From a virus (lineage: Duplodnaviria; Caudoviricetes), in IMG/VR virus record IMGVR_UViG_3300001528_000425, positions 171,560 through 235,559 of that record: DNA of 64,000 nucleotides, one strand, 5' to 3'. A program made the position numbers and the translations under genes. The notes under the pieces were generated by a model. That model worked only from the letters and a program-made list of their open reading frames with translations, was not told the DNA's origin and did not search any database. Of the stretch, positions 52,340-60,639 are shown piece after piece (within the stretch, counting starts at the first letter, position 1; each line of letters opens with the position of its first letter).

Positions 52340-53203
52340 TTATTTAAGGTTGTTGGGTACTTCGATATTGAGTCTTTGGAGAGCATCGTTGATATACATG
52401 GGAGTATGCATCGTCCAACGCTCTTGTTCTGCCACTTCCAGCACACGTTTCTTGTCTTTTGGAGATAATGTTCCTTTCACGACCTCACTATCCCCGAATA
52501 ACAAATGTGTTGCTACAGTAAATGGTACCTGTGGATGTTTAAATACGTAGTTGCCGATCGTGTTACGATCTGCTTTCAGAAGATCTCCGGTGAAACTCTT
52601 GATGATATCACCTTCATACCACTGATAGACGTGATAGTCGATCGGAACATGACTGATCATCCTCACCTTCGGTCTTGCCACGGGGAACTTAGCCAGCGAT
52701 CCTCTGATCGCTAGGTAACTCGGTAGTATACTGTCACTATGAACAACTGCTACTTGTAATTTACCCAGCTGCTGCCGATGCTGTGGAAGTACAGCTCGTA
52801 ATAGAGTCGTTCCCGTTCTGATCTTGGCTCTCTGTTGGCTATCCTTCCGTTGGAGATCAGGAGGAAGCTGTCGTTCATACTGCATCGTATAAAAAATAAG
52901 AGCCTTGTTCAGAGTACCTTGAGAGAGCTGCTCAGAGAACTCCCTGATGATACCAGATACGTCCGCTTCGATGGCTTTCGCGATCTGATGGAAAGATGTA
53001 TCCTTATGCAAGCGATTACGCACTAATGTACTTAGATTGATCAGGATGATCTCCTCTGCATCCTGTACTCCAGATCCCATCTTATCTTGTCGAAATAACT
53101 CCAACAAGCGATCGATAGGAGCTGTCGTACCGAAGGAATACCGACCCTCCTCATCCAAGGAGGGCTGTTGTTGTGGCTTTGCCATATCTTCCAGTACGAT
53201 CAT
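52340..53203 (-). CDS. Chimalliviridae core protein (phiKZ gp66-like)
   Basis: INLSTLVRN, SHVPID and PF...LLFGD motifs; synteny. Confidence 0.55.
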   Translation of the reverse strand: MIVLEDMAKPQQQPSLDEEGRYSFGTTAPIDRLLELFRQDKMGSGVQDAEEIILINLSTLVRNRLHKDTSFHQIAKAIEADVSGIIREFSEQLSQGTLNKALIFYTMQYERQLPPDLQRKDSQQRAKIRTGTTLLRAVLPQHRQQLGKLQVAVVHSDSILPSYLAIRGSLAKFPVARPKVRMISHVPIDYHVYQWYEGDIIKSFTGDLLKADRNTIGNYVFKHPQVPFTVATHLLFGDSEVVKGTLSPKDKKRVLEVAEQERWTMHTPMYINDALQRLNIEVPNNLK

Positions 53204-53206
53204 GTA

Positions 53207-54349
53207 TCAACCCTCCTTTCCAGCTACCGTTTCGAGGATATTTTGTATCCTCTGTGTGGTTATGTTGGGATGCTTATTTTTGACGTGTTCGAACAACAAA
53301 ACCCCGATATTTGCCTTAGTTATTTGGGGCAAATTCTCTAACTGTTGATTTGTGTTCGGAAGCACTTGAGTCTGTTTCTTCACTGGAGGTTTCGTGATAG
53401 CAAGACCCTTAGCGTGCTTCTTACTCCAGTCCTCCAGCACCTCTGCAATCAAAGGTGTACTGGTTAACAACCGAAGATAAACAGTCGGTCTTAACGGATT
53501 CTGGAGTTTCATGTGTTCTTCGAACCATGGTTCGAATTTAACCAATGCGTCTTCAACAGAGTCGTAATCACGAAGATCTGCAGTGAGACACAAAGTTGCA
53601 TCCGTATTTTCGATGAACTCGAATTTGGTCTCTCTGGTTTTAGTATCGATCGTAACCAGAAAGAATCCCTTTGCCTCTTCTTCGCCGTGAGCGAATCGTT
53701 CAAAGGAACCACATGAGATAATGTTCTTGTAGATGCCAGGTTTGTGGACGTGACCGTTCATGACGACTGTCGGGTGGAACTGTTTGTTGACAGCTTTCTC
53801 CGTGAGTGTATGTTGTGGTAACATCGGTATCCCTGGTGGAAGCAGATGATCGAAGTATCCGTGATGTACGATTACATCTACTCGTTCGAGTTGGAGATCT
53901 TTCATCTTCTGAAGTGCTAACTCCATGTGATCTCCAGGAAGATCATCCGGCATATACAAGATGTGTTGTTGGTATCGTTCGATATATTCGATATCGATCG
54001 TGTCGAATACTTTGATCCGACCATCTTCCGTTGTCTGGAAGAATTGATTCTGATTCCTGTCGTGCACATAAGTGCCTCGCACAACTCTTATCATAAAATC
54101 TTGCGCATAAGCCATCTCCGCTAGCTCTTGGATGATGATAACAGCTTCCAAGCTAGATTCGGAACTCATGTGTAATAAGGTATCCCAAAAGTCTCCGGCT
54201 ATGACCAAGATATCGATATCCTTCAAACGAGGATACAGATGTTTCCTAAACTTAGCATGTAAACATTTGGGATTGATACGAGGATTGCCCATATGCACGT
54301 CAGATAGAAGCAGATATCGTACAAGTTGTGCGGTCTTTTCTTTTACCAT
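53207..54349 (-). CDS. SbcD/Mre11-like metallophosphoesterase nuclease
   Basis: SDVH, AGDFWD, GTYVHD, HHG, GHVH, GSFER. Confidence 0.85.
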   Translation of the reverse strand: MVKEKTAQLVRYLLLSDVHMGNPRINPKCLHAKFRKHLYPRLKDIDILVIAGDFWDTLLHMSSESSLEAVIIIQELAEMAYAQDFMIRVVRGTYVHDRNQNQFFQTTEDGRIKVFDTIDIEYIERYQQHILYMPDDLPGDHMELALQKMKDLQLERVDVIVHHGYFDHLLPPGIPMLPQHTLTEKAVNKQFHPTVVMNGHVHKPGIYKNIISCGSFERFAHGEEEAKGFFLVTIDTKTRETKFEFIENTDATLCLTADLRDYDSVEDALVKFEPWFEEHMKLQNPLRPTVYLRLLTSTPLIAEVLEDWSKKHAKGLAITKPPVKKQTQVLPNTNQQLENLPQITKANIGVLLFEHVKNKHPNITTQRIQNILETVAGKEG

Positions 54350-54352
54350 ACC

Positions 54353-54955
54353 TTACGTCCATTCGAAATCGTCGGTGTCCACTTCATCGTCCGGTTTCTT
54401 CATTGACGAAGCGTCCTTACTGAACTCTTCTAGGATTTTATCTGTAGCGGCTTCATGTTCTGGAGTTGGCTTCGCCAACGTCTGAACCGCCGTGCGAAAG
54501 TAATGTCCGATGATAGCAGCACGTTCTGAAAGAGGATTGTCGTAGCCTGCCGAATTCATAAACATCGTGACCAACGTTGCTCCCTGTGGGAACACATCTG
54601 TCATCTGTCTCATCTCATCCATGATGGGAGGAAATCGTTTCAGAACGATCACGTTACCGTGTTCATCTCTCTTGTCATCGATAAGTGTGATATCTCGATA
54701 GAGATTCAGTCGACGACGAAGTTCGTCGCTCAACTTCAATCGTTCATCTTTACTCAACTTACCACATGCTTCCACATTGAACAATGGAGCGAATTTCTTG
54801 AATTCACTGGCTTTGATCACATTCCTGTTGATCGCAGCTTGTTCCATATCTGGCAATTGGTTAGCCAATGCCACTAAATCTTCGATCTGACCAGTTACTG
54901 GAGTCTCCAGTCCTTTGATCTTTAGATTCTTGGGTTTCGAAGCTTCCATCCTCAC
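54353..54955 (-). CDS. Conserved hypothetical protein
   Basis: GGAGG RBS; GTGA overlap with the upstream gene. Confidence 0.65.
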   Translation of the reverse strand: MRMEASKPKNLKIKGLETPVTGQIEDLVALANQLPDMEQAAINRNVIKASEFKKFAPLFNVEACGKLSKDERLKLSDELRRRLNLYRDITLIDDKRDEHGNVIVLKRFPPIMDEMRQMTDVFPQGATLVTMFMNSAGYDNPLSERAAIIGHYFRTAVQTLAKPTPEHEAATDKILEEFSKDASSMKKPDDEVDTDDFEWT

Positions 54956-55365
54956 GCCTCCGATACCGTTTCAGGGATAAGGTTGCCATCTGCGTCGATA
55001 CCGATCTTCTTCATCGGCACGATCGGGTTACCAAGAGCATCCGATACCAGAATACTGAGACCGAATGCCCCGTTCTCTTCCACGTCTTCTGCACCAACAG
55101 TCACCATAGGAGCATCGTTCGGGAAATAACGTCTGAAGCAATTCTGAAGTGCCTCTTGGATCGAATCCGCTAGTCGGGTCGGAGTACGGCCAGCATTCGC
55201 ATTGATTACACGGAATGAAATCATCTCAGATTCGTGGAAACTGCTTGTCCATCCAGGGTTGGCGAACATAAATTGCAGTACGTAAGTGATGATGTCCTCT
55301 TTCTTCTTGAGGACAGTAGTGGGACCAGCATGGAACGTTGGTATGACGGGAGTCTTATCAGCCAT
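54952..55365 (-). CDS. Conserved hypothetical protein
   Basis: AAGGAG RBS; 137 aa. Confidence 0.65.
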   Translation of the reverse strand: MADKTPVIPTFHAGPTTVLKKKEDIITYVLQFMFANPGWTSSFHESEMISFRVINANAGRTPTRLADSIQEALQNCFRRYFPNDAPMVTVGAEDVEENGAFGLSILVSDALGNPIVPMKKIGIDADGNLIPETVSEA

Positions 55366-55549
55366 GACCGCTTTCTCCTTGTTATTTGAGCTAAGTTTAC
55401 TTAGAGTATATTAAAGCGATCCTGTTTATTTTTATACTAAGTTTTCTTGATGAAAACAAAAAAAAAAGAAAGGAGTCGATGGATGAGCGATGGAGTCAGT
55501 CCGTTAAGACTCACACCATCGCTAAGGAGAACATCCATCAACTAGAAAG

Positions 55550-55819
55550 AACTCACAACAAGATCAGTGATCACATAGGCATAGTCCCGAATCGAACAGG
55601 ACTCCTCAGTTATGCCACATTCACGACCGTACACGTCCAGTTTTCATACCAAGATCTCAACTACACGGATGCAGTTGATCAGTACGTGCTGACCCACTTG
55701 CTGTGTACACCAGCGTGGGATTTATACGAGCAAGGACGCAACAGGGAAGTATGACCCGTGTGCAGACCACATGATGTTACACCACATACCATCTGCGAGT
55801 CACCTACCTGTTGTGAGTT
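55550..55819 (-). ncRNA. Unassigned ~270-nt structured RNA
   Basis: Terminal stem AACTCACAACAGG/CTTGTTGTGAGTT enclosing many stems and a T-loop-like hairpin; G-U pairs favour the minus strand. Confidence 0.65.
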
Positions 55820-55823
55820 TAAG

Positions 55824-56459
55824 TCATTTCAACTTGCCGATACGATTCGGGATATCAGTGATATCCATACGATCGCCTCTGAGCTGATCTTCCAAGAAGT
55901 TATCAACCCATTCCCGAGACGCTCTCAGCTTGGACAGTTCATCGAAGTCGTACACAGGGTCATCACTTCGGAACGTATAACCGACCGGACGATCGTTCGG
56001 AATATCCGGATGGTTGAAGTAAGATGTTCCGTTATCCAACAGACGTCCAACCACATCCTCATCCGGGAGTTTACTGGCATCCACACCCCATCCGTAGATC
56101 AGTCCCTGATCATACAGATCCCTGACTTTCGGCATCGTCAGAATCGGAATATGCATGCATGATGGAATATTCTCCAGCGCTTCCTGGTTATCGATCACCA
56201 CGATGGTGTCCGGATGGAAGATCGCTGCAGTTGCCGCATTCAACGCGCTCACCGCAGCTCCATCCATTTCCTGGATCTTCTGAGTGAACGCATCGTATCG
56301 GTTACTGAATCCCATGCTGGAAGCTGATCCGAACAGGACACCTGCCGCATCAGCGAATTGATTATTAAGTCGACTGAACACCGCTTGATTCCCGGAATGC
56401 CCTGTATACATTCCAAGTACCGGTGCAGTCATCACGTCAAGAACTTGCAATACAACCAT
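55824..56459 (-). CDS. Chimalliviridae core protein (phiKZ gp59-like)
   Basis: IPSCMHIPILTMPKVRDLYDQGLIYGW motif; position after the gp55-like gene. Confidence 0.55.
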   Translation of the reverse strand: MVVLQVLDVMTAPVLGMYTGHSGNQAVFSRLNNQFADAAGVLFGSASSMGFSNRYDAFTQKIQEMDGAAVSALNAATAAIFHPDTIVVIDNQEALENIPSCMHIPILTMPKVRDLYDQGLIYGWGVDASKLPDEDVVGRLLDNGTSYFNHPDIPNDRPVGYTFRSDDPVYDFDELSKLRASREWVDNFLEDQLRGDRMDITDIPNRIGKLK

Positions 56460-56657
56460 AAAACTTCTCCTGTAAAGTAACTTGCTACATGATAGTAGCG
56501 TTCTATATTTTAATACTCTGTTGATTCTTCCTAGGATCAGGGGATCACATATGTAATATATGATCGAATCAAGTAAGAATATATCGCAAGCTATGTCGTA
56601 TAAAAAAAGAAAGAAGCAAGGAGAGGGAGCACGATGCTCCCTCTCCTTGTGTTGTTG

Positions 56658-56852
56658 TCAGTATCCTCCGACTACCAACGGATCTCCTTCACCTGCCAAC
56701 CAACGGTTGGCTGCAAGGGAATACTCGTTAGTGAGTTTCACATCGTTGGTTAAACTGTCTCCAGTTCCACCGAGCAATGTAGTCATCGGATGCACTGCCA
56801 TGAACTTGATGACCTCAGCCATCTCTTTCAGAGCAACCCCATAGATCTGATC
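56658..56852 (-). CDS. nvRNAP beta' (gp55-like) exon 4
   Basis: Starts DQIYGVAL after the intron terminal G, supplying the last Asp of NADFDGD. Confidence 0.85.
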   Translation of the reverse strand, partial: DQIYGVALKEMAEVIKFMAVHPMTTLLGGTGDSLTNDVKLTNEYSLAANRWLAGEGDPLVVGGY

Positions 56853-57389
56853 CATTGTGTTCACTGTGTTCGCTAATCACAGCAGTGTCGTTTCAGACAC
56901 ATCTCTAGCTTTCACTAGACGACCAGGTATATCCTGGAAGCGTGTATAATGATCCATATACACGGTGCAGACTATATCACCATCTCCTCATGATCGTATC
57001 TGTCCGAGTACCAGGATTCGAACCTGGGACGTTCTGCTCCCAAAGCAGACGCGCTACCACTGCGCTACACTCGGACAGATACTACCATCAAGGAGACCCC
57101 TACCGTTACGGGATCGCATGATCCCTCTCGATTTGATGACTCAAATACATTTAGTCGTTGGGCATTTAGGAACATCTCTGTTCCATTTAGCTGCTGAAGA
57201 CCCATTTGCTGATAACATCGTTGCTCAAATGCTATCAACTAGTCCTTAGGATTTAACCATAGACCATCTCCACACTTGTTTCTACTTTCGTTCCTATGCG
57301 ATAAGTTGCATAGGCAGTGGAGCTATTAGGGATTGCCAGCGATTAGATAAGTTTGCTACGCAGATCGCTCTACGTAGGGAGCAGATCAC
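56853..57389 (-). mobile_element. Group I intron 3 (ORF-less, tRNA-containing) splitting DFDG/D
   Basis: P1 GGAGT/GCTCC, P AATCGCTGGCAA, Q CTTCAGCAGC, R CAACGACTA, S GATATAGTC. Confidence 0.9.
57003..57074 (-). tRNA. tRNA-Pro(UGG) embedded in intron P8; no encoded CCA
   Basis: CCGAGTG/TACTCGG acceptor, GCGC D-stem, TCTGC-TTTGGGA-GCAGA anticodon arm, CCAGG-TTCGAAT-CCTGG T-arm. Confidence 0.92.
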
Positions 57390-57410
57390 TCCATCGAAGT
57401 CAGCATTAGG
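57390..57410 (-). CDS. nvRNAP beta' micro-exon 3 (PNADFDG)
   Basis: CCT AAT GCT GAC TTC GAT GGA between two intron cores. Confidence 0.9.
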
Positions 57411-58669
57411 CCTAATGGTCAAGTGGAATCGCAACTTCCACCGTGTGTGCTATGACACACCCTCAGTGTTTCCAAAGAGGAGCAGACTATATCAGACATC
57501 TCGAATATCACGTGTTTATCCGAGATCCTTCTCCGTTTCAGCATCCTTGCGGATGGTGGTAGCTTGTACCACACGCCATATGCTTGCGCCCTACGTCCCT
57601 GTTGGAACTAGTCGTTGAACACATCGTCTACATGAGACGACTTCGTTGCGATGATTGAGCCAATCCTTTTACTTTTTATATCCATCATAGCTTACCTCGC
57701 GGTTACTATTGTGGCTAAAAGGCTCTAAGGCTCTTCCCGCAATTAGAAGAAGTACGCACATCCTATCACTAAGATGTGGGCCCGGTGATTGTTTTATCAG
57801 TTTCCGAAGATCTTCGTTTCTTATACCTAGAATAATCAATTGGTGTTAAACGAATCGGTTTCTTATACGGAATGCCATATTGTTCAGCTATATGCCGATG
57901 TGTCCCGTGTGCAACGATATGTTGAATCGCTGTAACAGGAACATTCAACTCTCGACTAATTGCTGTCAATTTCATTCCATCCTGAATTCGTTTACATACC
58001 GCATGTACTTGCTCTTCTGTCATAGCTGACTTACGGAGCCCGTGTATCCTGGCATGTAGATGATTATCGTAAGCCGAACACCATTCCAAGTTATCAGCTG
58101 CATTGTTAGCTTTGTTGCCATCAGTGTGATTGACTTCTAATAACTTGTTAGGATTTGGTACGAACGCAAGAGCTACCAGTCGATGGATCTTCACCGACTT
58201 AAGTGATCCGGAACCTGTGTATCCGAATCTTAGATAAGTGCAGTAATAACCGCTGTTGTTTGGTGCTCCTGTTATCATCTGGTAGGTACGTTTGTTCCAT
58301 ATCCTACCATCCCGTAAGATGATGTAATTCGGGAATCCTAGACTCTCCAAACTACATTGATCTTCCGGAGGGATTTCCTTCAATTCATTGTGAAAATATT
58401 TCCGCCATAGATAATCCGTACTGAAAGTTTTAGACTTATTATCTTTCCATACGAATACAGTTGGTCCGAAATGTTTTAATTCTCGACCACTACGTTCATC
58501 TACAACGGTCTTATCTTCATAAAACCTGATGAAAGGATACCCTTCTTCTTCGAGTAATACTGATGCCTGTTGTTTCATTGCACTTCTTACCTCTGGCTTA
58601 TTAGAGTTAGGCTGTCTTCCGACAGCCCTCATCAAGCCTTCGGAAGACAGTGTGCAACGACAATCGTTG
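57411..58669 (-). mobile_element. Group I intron 2 with HNH ORF
   Basis: Canonical GCT|...G|CCT junction (SISA/PNADF); IGS GGCTG; P AATTGCGGGAA, R GTTCAACGACTA, S GATATAGTC. Confidence 0.9.
57769..58578 (-). CDS. Intron-encoded HNH homing endonuclease
   Basis: IHRLVALAFVPNP..VNHTDGNKANNAADNLEW and C-terminal HTH; start reassigned to MKQQA. Confidence 0.88.
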   Translation of the reverse strand: MKQQASVLLEEEGYPFIRFYEDKTVVDERSGRELKHFGPTVFVWKDNKSKTFSTDYLWRKYFHNELKEIPPEDQCSLESLGFPNYIILRDGRIWNKRTYQMITGAPNNSGYYCTYLRFGYTGSGSLKSVKIHRLVALAFVPNPNKLLEVNHTDGNKANNAADNLEWCSAYDNHLHARIHGLRKSAMTEEQVHAVCKRIQDGMKLTAISRELNVPVTAIQHIVAHGTHRHIAEQYGIPYKKPIRLTPIDYSRYKKRRSSETDKTITGPTS

Positions 58670-58775
58670 AGCTGAAATGCTGAGCGGAGATAACCCAATA
58701 GAGTCATCTTCGATCTCTGGTTTGATCTTCGTTGCAAAGAAGAGTTGTATGGCTCCATGTCGCAACGTTGGATTT
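58670..58775 (-). CDS. nvRNAP beta' exon 2
   Basis: NPTLRHGAIQLFFATKIKPEIEDDSIGLSPLSISA (cf. RxPTL..SIQ); 5' boundary uncertain by 1-3 nt. Confidence 0.88.
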
Positions 58776-59168
58776 TGCAGTGTTCGGCGTAGGCGCTAAC
58801 TACACCCGCATCGTTTCAGATACTGCTCCGCCTTTCGGTCGGACGACCAGGTATATCCTGGAAGAACTCTTGCGAGTTGGCCAGACTAGCTCATCACCAC
58901 ATCCCTTATGAGACAAGGTGTGTAACGTTTGGAGCCCGCTTGGTGCTCTACTCTCCGTCCGTAGATAGGAGATAGTCGTTGAACTACCGTTAGGTAGCTG
59001 CTGAAGACCCACTGCCTAGTCCATTTAGGATTTAACCTTGTGGACATCCGTATACTTGTTTCTACTTTCGTCACTCAACCAGCTAAGGTTAAGCTACACG
59101 GCTTTAGGGATTGCCAGCAATTGGTTACATGATCGATCCTGCTTTCGCAAGAAAGGGAGCTATCCTTA
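58776..59168 (-). mobile_element. Group I intron 1 (ORF-less)
   Basis: P1 GGGAGT/GCTCCC, P AATTGCTGGCAA, Q CTTCAGCAGC, R GTTCAACGACTA, S-like GCTAGTC; paralogous to intron 3. Confidence 0.88.
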
Positions 59169-60397
59169 CTCCCGAGTAAAACAGGCAGACCCTTGTAAGG
59201 GCATTCATCCATCAGTCTCTGGATCACATCGTACACATCCTGATCGAACTCTACCAATGCCCTCGCATGCTTCTCATAAGCATCCGGATAGGACATGTGA
59301 TAATGCCGAACAAGGAAGTTGATGATCTCCAGCTTCCACTGGGCAACGCCGATCCTCCATGGGAGGTGACATTCATCTGCCTTGTGTTCTGTTACGATCG
59401 GAACGATAACAGCACGGAATGTGTTGTTCAACCTCGAAGCCAACAGGGATTTCCGGATGAACCCATATTTGCTGACCAACTTGATCTTGGTGATCTTCTC
59501 AACATAGTTGAGATAAGATTTGTACACGTTGTAGCTGTACTGCTCCAAGTAGTTTCGGTTGGCTGCACTATGAGCGATTGGGTTATGCCTGTAGTTGTAG
59601 ATCGCGCTGGATAACTCGATACATGTTTCGAGGATGGACGTAGACACATCGTCGTTGTAGGTCAACGTTCCACTCTTGGTCAAGATATGCAGAGCTTGAT
59701 TCAGTACCGGAACATGTCTGATGAACATTACGTTCCTGTACGTATCCACGAATTCCTTGATGAACAAGTTCTTCTTGGATTTGGCTCCGGTGTTTTGGTT
59801 GAGGAAATAGTTGATGATGTTATCGAAGTTCTCGTAGAAATAGGCTGGACCTTGTCCCAAGATACTGCCATAGGGTTCTGGAAGTTCACTGTCAACATCG
59901 AGGAGAAGATCGATGATCTTCTTCTTGCGTTTGACGCAACCCATCCATTTACCCAAGATCCGATAAGCTGCAGGATGCAGCATCGGAGGCATGAACTCTG
60001 GGATCTCCAGCCATGCACGGAACTTGATCTCATCTGCGAAGGCGTCGCGAACTTCCGTGTTGCAATATGGACAGATCGTACCTTTGGCGAAGTTACCTTT
60101 GGTTCGTTCACATTTGCAACTGGCGATGAAGTTCAAGTTGCTGTCGCTCTCTTGGAACAACATCTTCTTGATCGTCTCGATAGAGTTGTTCGCGACGTCT
60201 ACACCGTCCAACTCTTGGCCACATGGAACGATCATCGCATTCGGATCTTGATGGAATTCCCTATCGAAATCGAACAACCGTAACTTCGTCACGGTTGCAT
60301 GTTTCTTTGGGTTACACCATCGATCCGATGAGGCGTAATACGCCCTGACGATCGCTTCTGCGTCAACGTTCGGCTTGAATATACTACTGAACCACAT
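59169..60397 (-). CDS. nvRNAP beta' N-terminal subunit (phiKZ gp55-like) exon 1
   Basis: AGGAGG RBS at MWFSS; zinc site CKC..CPYC, KYGFIRK, RAVIVP; ends GLPVLLG. Confidence 0.88.
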
Positions 60398-60432
60398 AAG
60401 CCTCCTGCTGATAAAAATAAGTTCTAGGAAAA

Positions 60433-60470
60433 GGGTAAGGTGATGGAATATGTATTCCATCACCTTACCC
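60433..60470 (-). terminator. Intrinsic terminator after chimallin and the tRNA-like RNA
   Basis: Hairpin GGGTAAGGTGATGGAATA/TATTCCATCACCTTACCC followed by TTTT. Confidence 0.75.
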
Positions 60471-60481
60471 ACGGAATTAAG

Positions 60482-60624
60482 AGGAATAGGCAGGACTCGA
60501 ACCTGCACCAGTTGCTATCGCTAACAACCGACTTGTCATTCTCCGAGCTTAAGGTGTATATCTCGGGATTCTCCAAGTATCCGGGGGACCGGCCCAGCAC
60601 TCTATCCAGTTGAGTTACTATTCC
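60482..60624 (-). ncRNA. tRNA-like RNA with ~75-nt expanded variable region
   Basis: GGAATAG/CTATTCC acceptor, ACTC-AACTGGATA-GAGT D-arm, GCAGG-TTCGAGT-CCTGC T-arm, non-canonical anticodon loop. Confidence 0.8.
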
Positions 60625-60639
60625 AAGTTAGAACTTAGC

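Noticed and set aside
55479-55754. 91-aa + strand ORF over the structured RNA
   Set aside because: Poor RBS spacing and no motifs; G-U pairing supports a minus-strand RNA instead
55550-55819. RNase P RNA or purine riboswitch
   Set aside because: Only fragments resemble them (GAGGAGTCC, CTCGTATAA); the partner motifs are missing or misplaced
56880-56940. Hammerhead ribozyme in the shared P9 module
   Set aside because: CTGAAACGA does not match the CUGAnGA core
58579-58758. Extended N-terminus of the intron 2 HNH ORF
   Set aside because: Overlaps RNAP exon 2 in another frame and the intron guide region
60398-60508. N-terminal extension MQVRVLP... of the beta' ORF
   Set aside because: Runs through the T-arm of the tRNA-like RNA and a terminator; the real start at 60397 has AGGAGG
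60482-60624. Functional tRNA-Thr(GGU), tRNA-Sec or tmRNA
   Set aside because: The loop lacks U33 and purine 37, there is no UCA anticodon, a D-stem is present and there is no tag ORF
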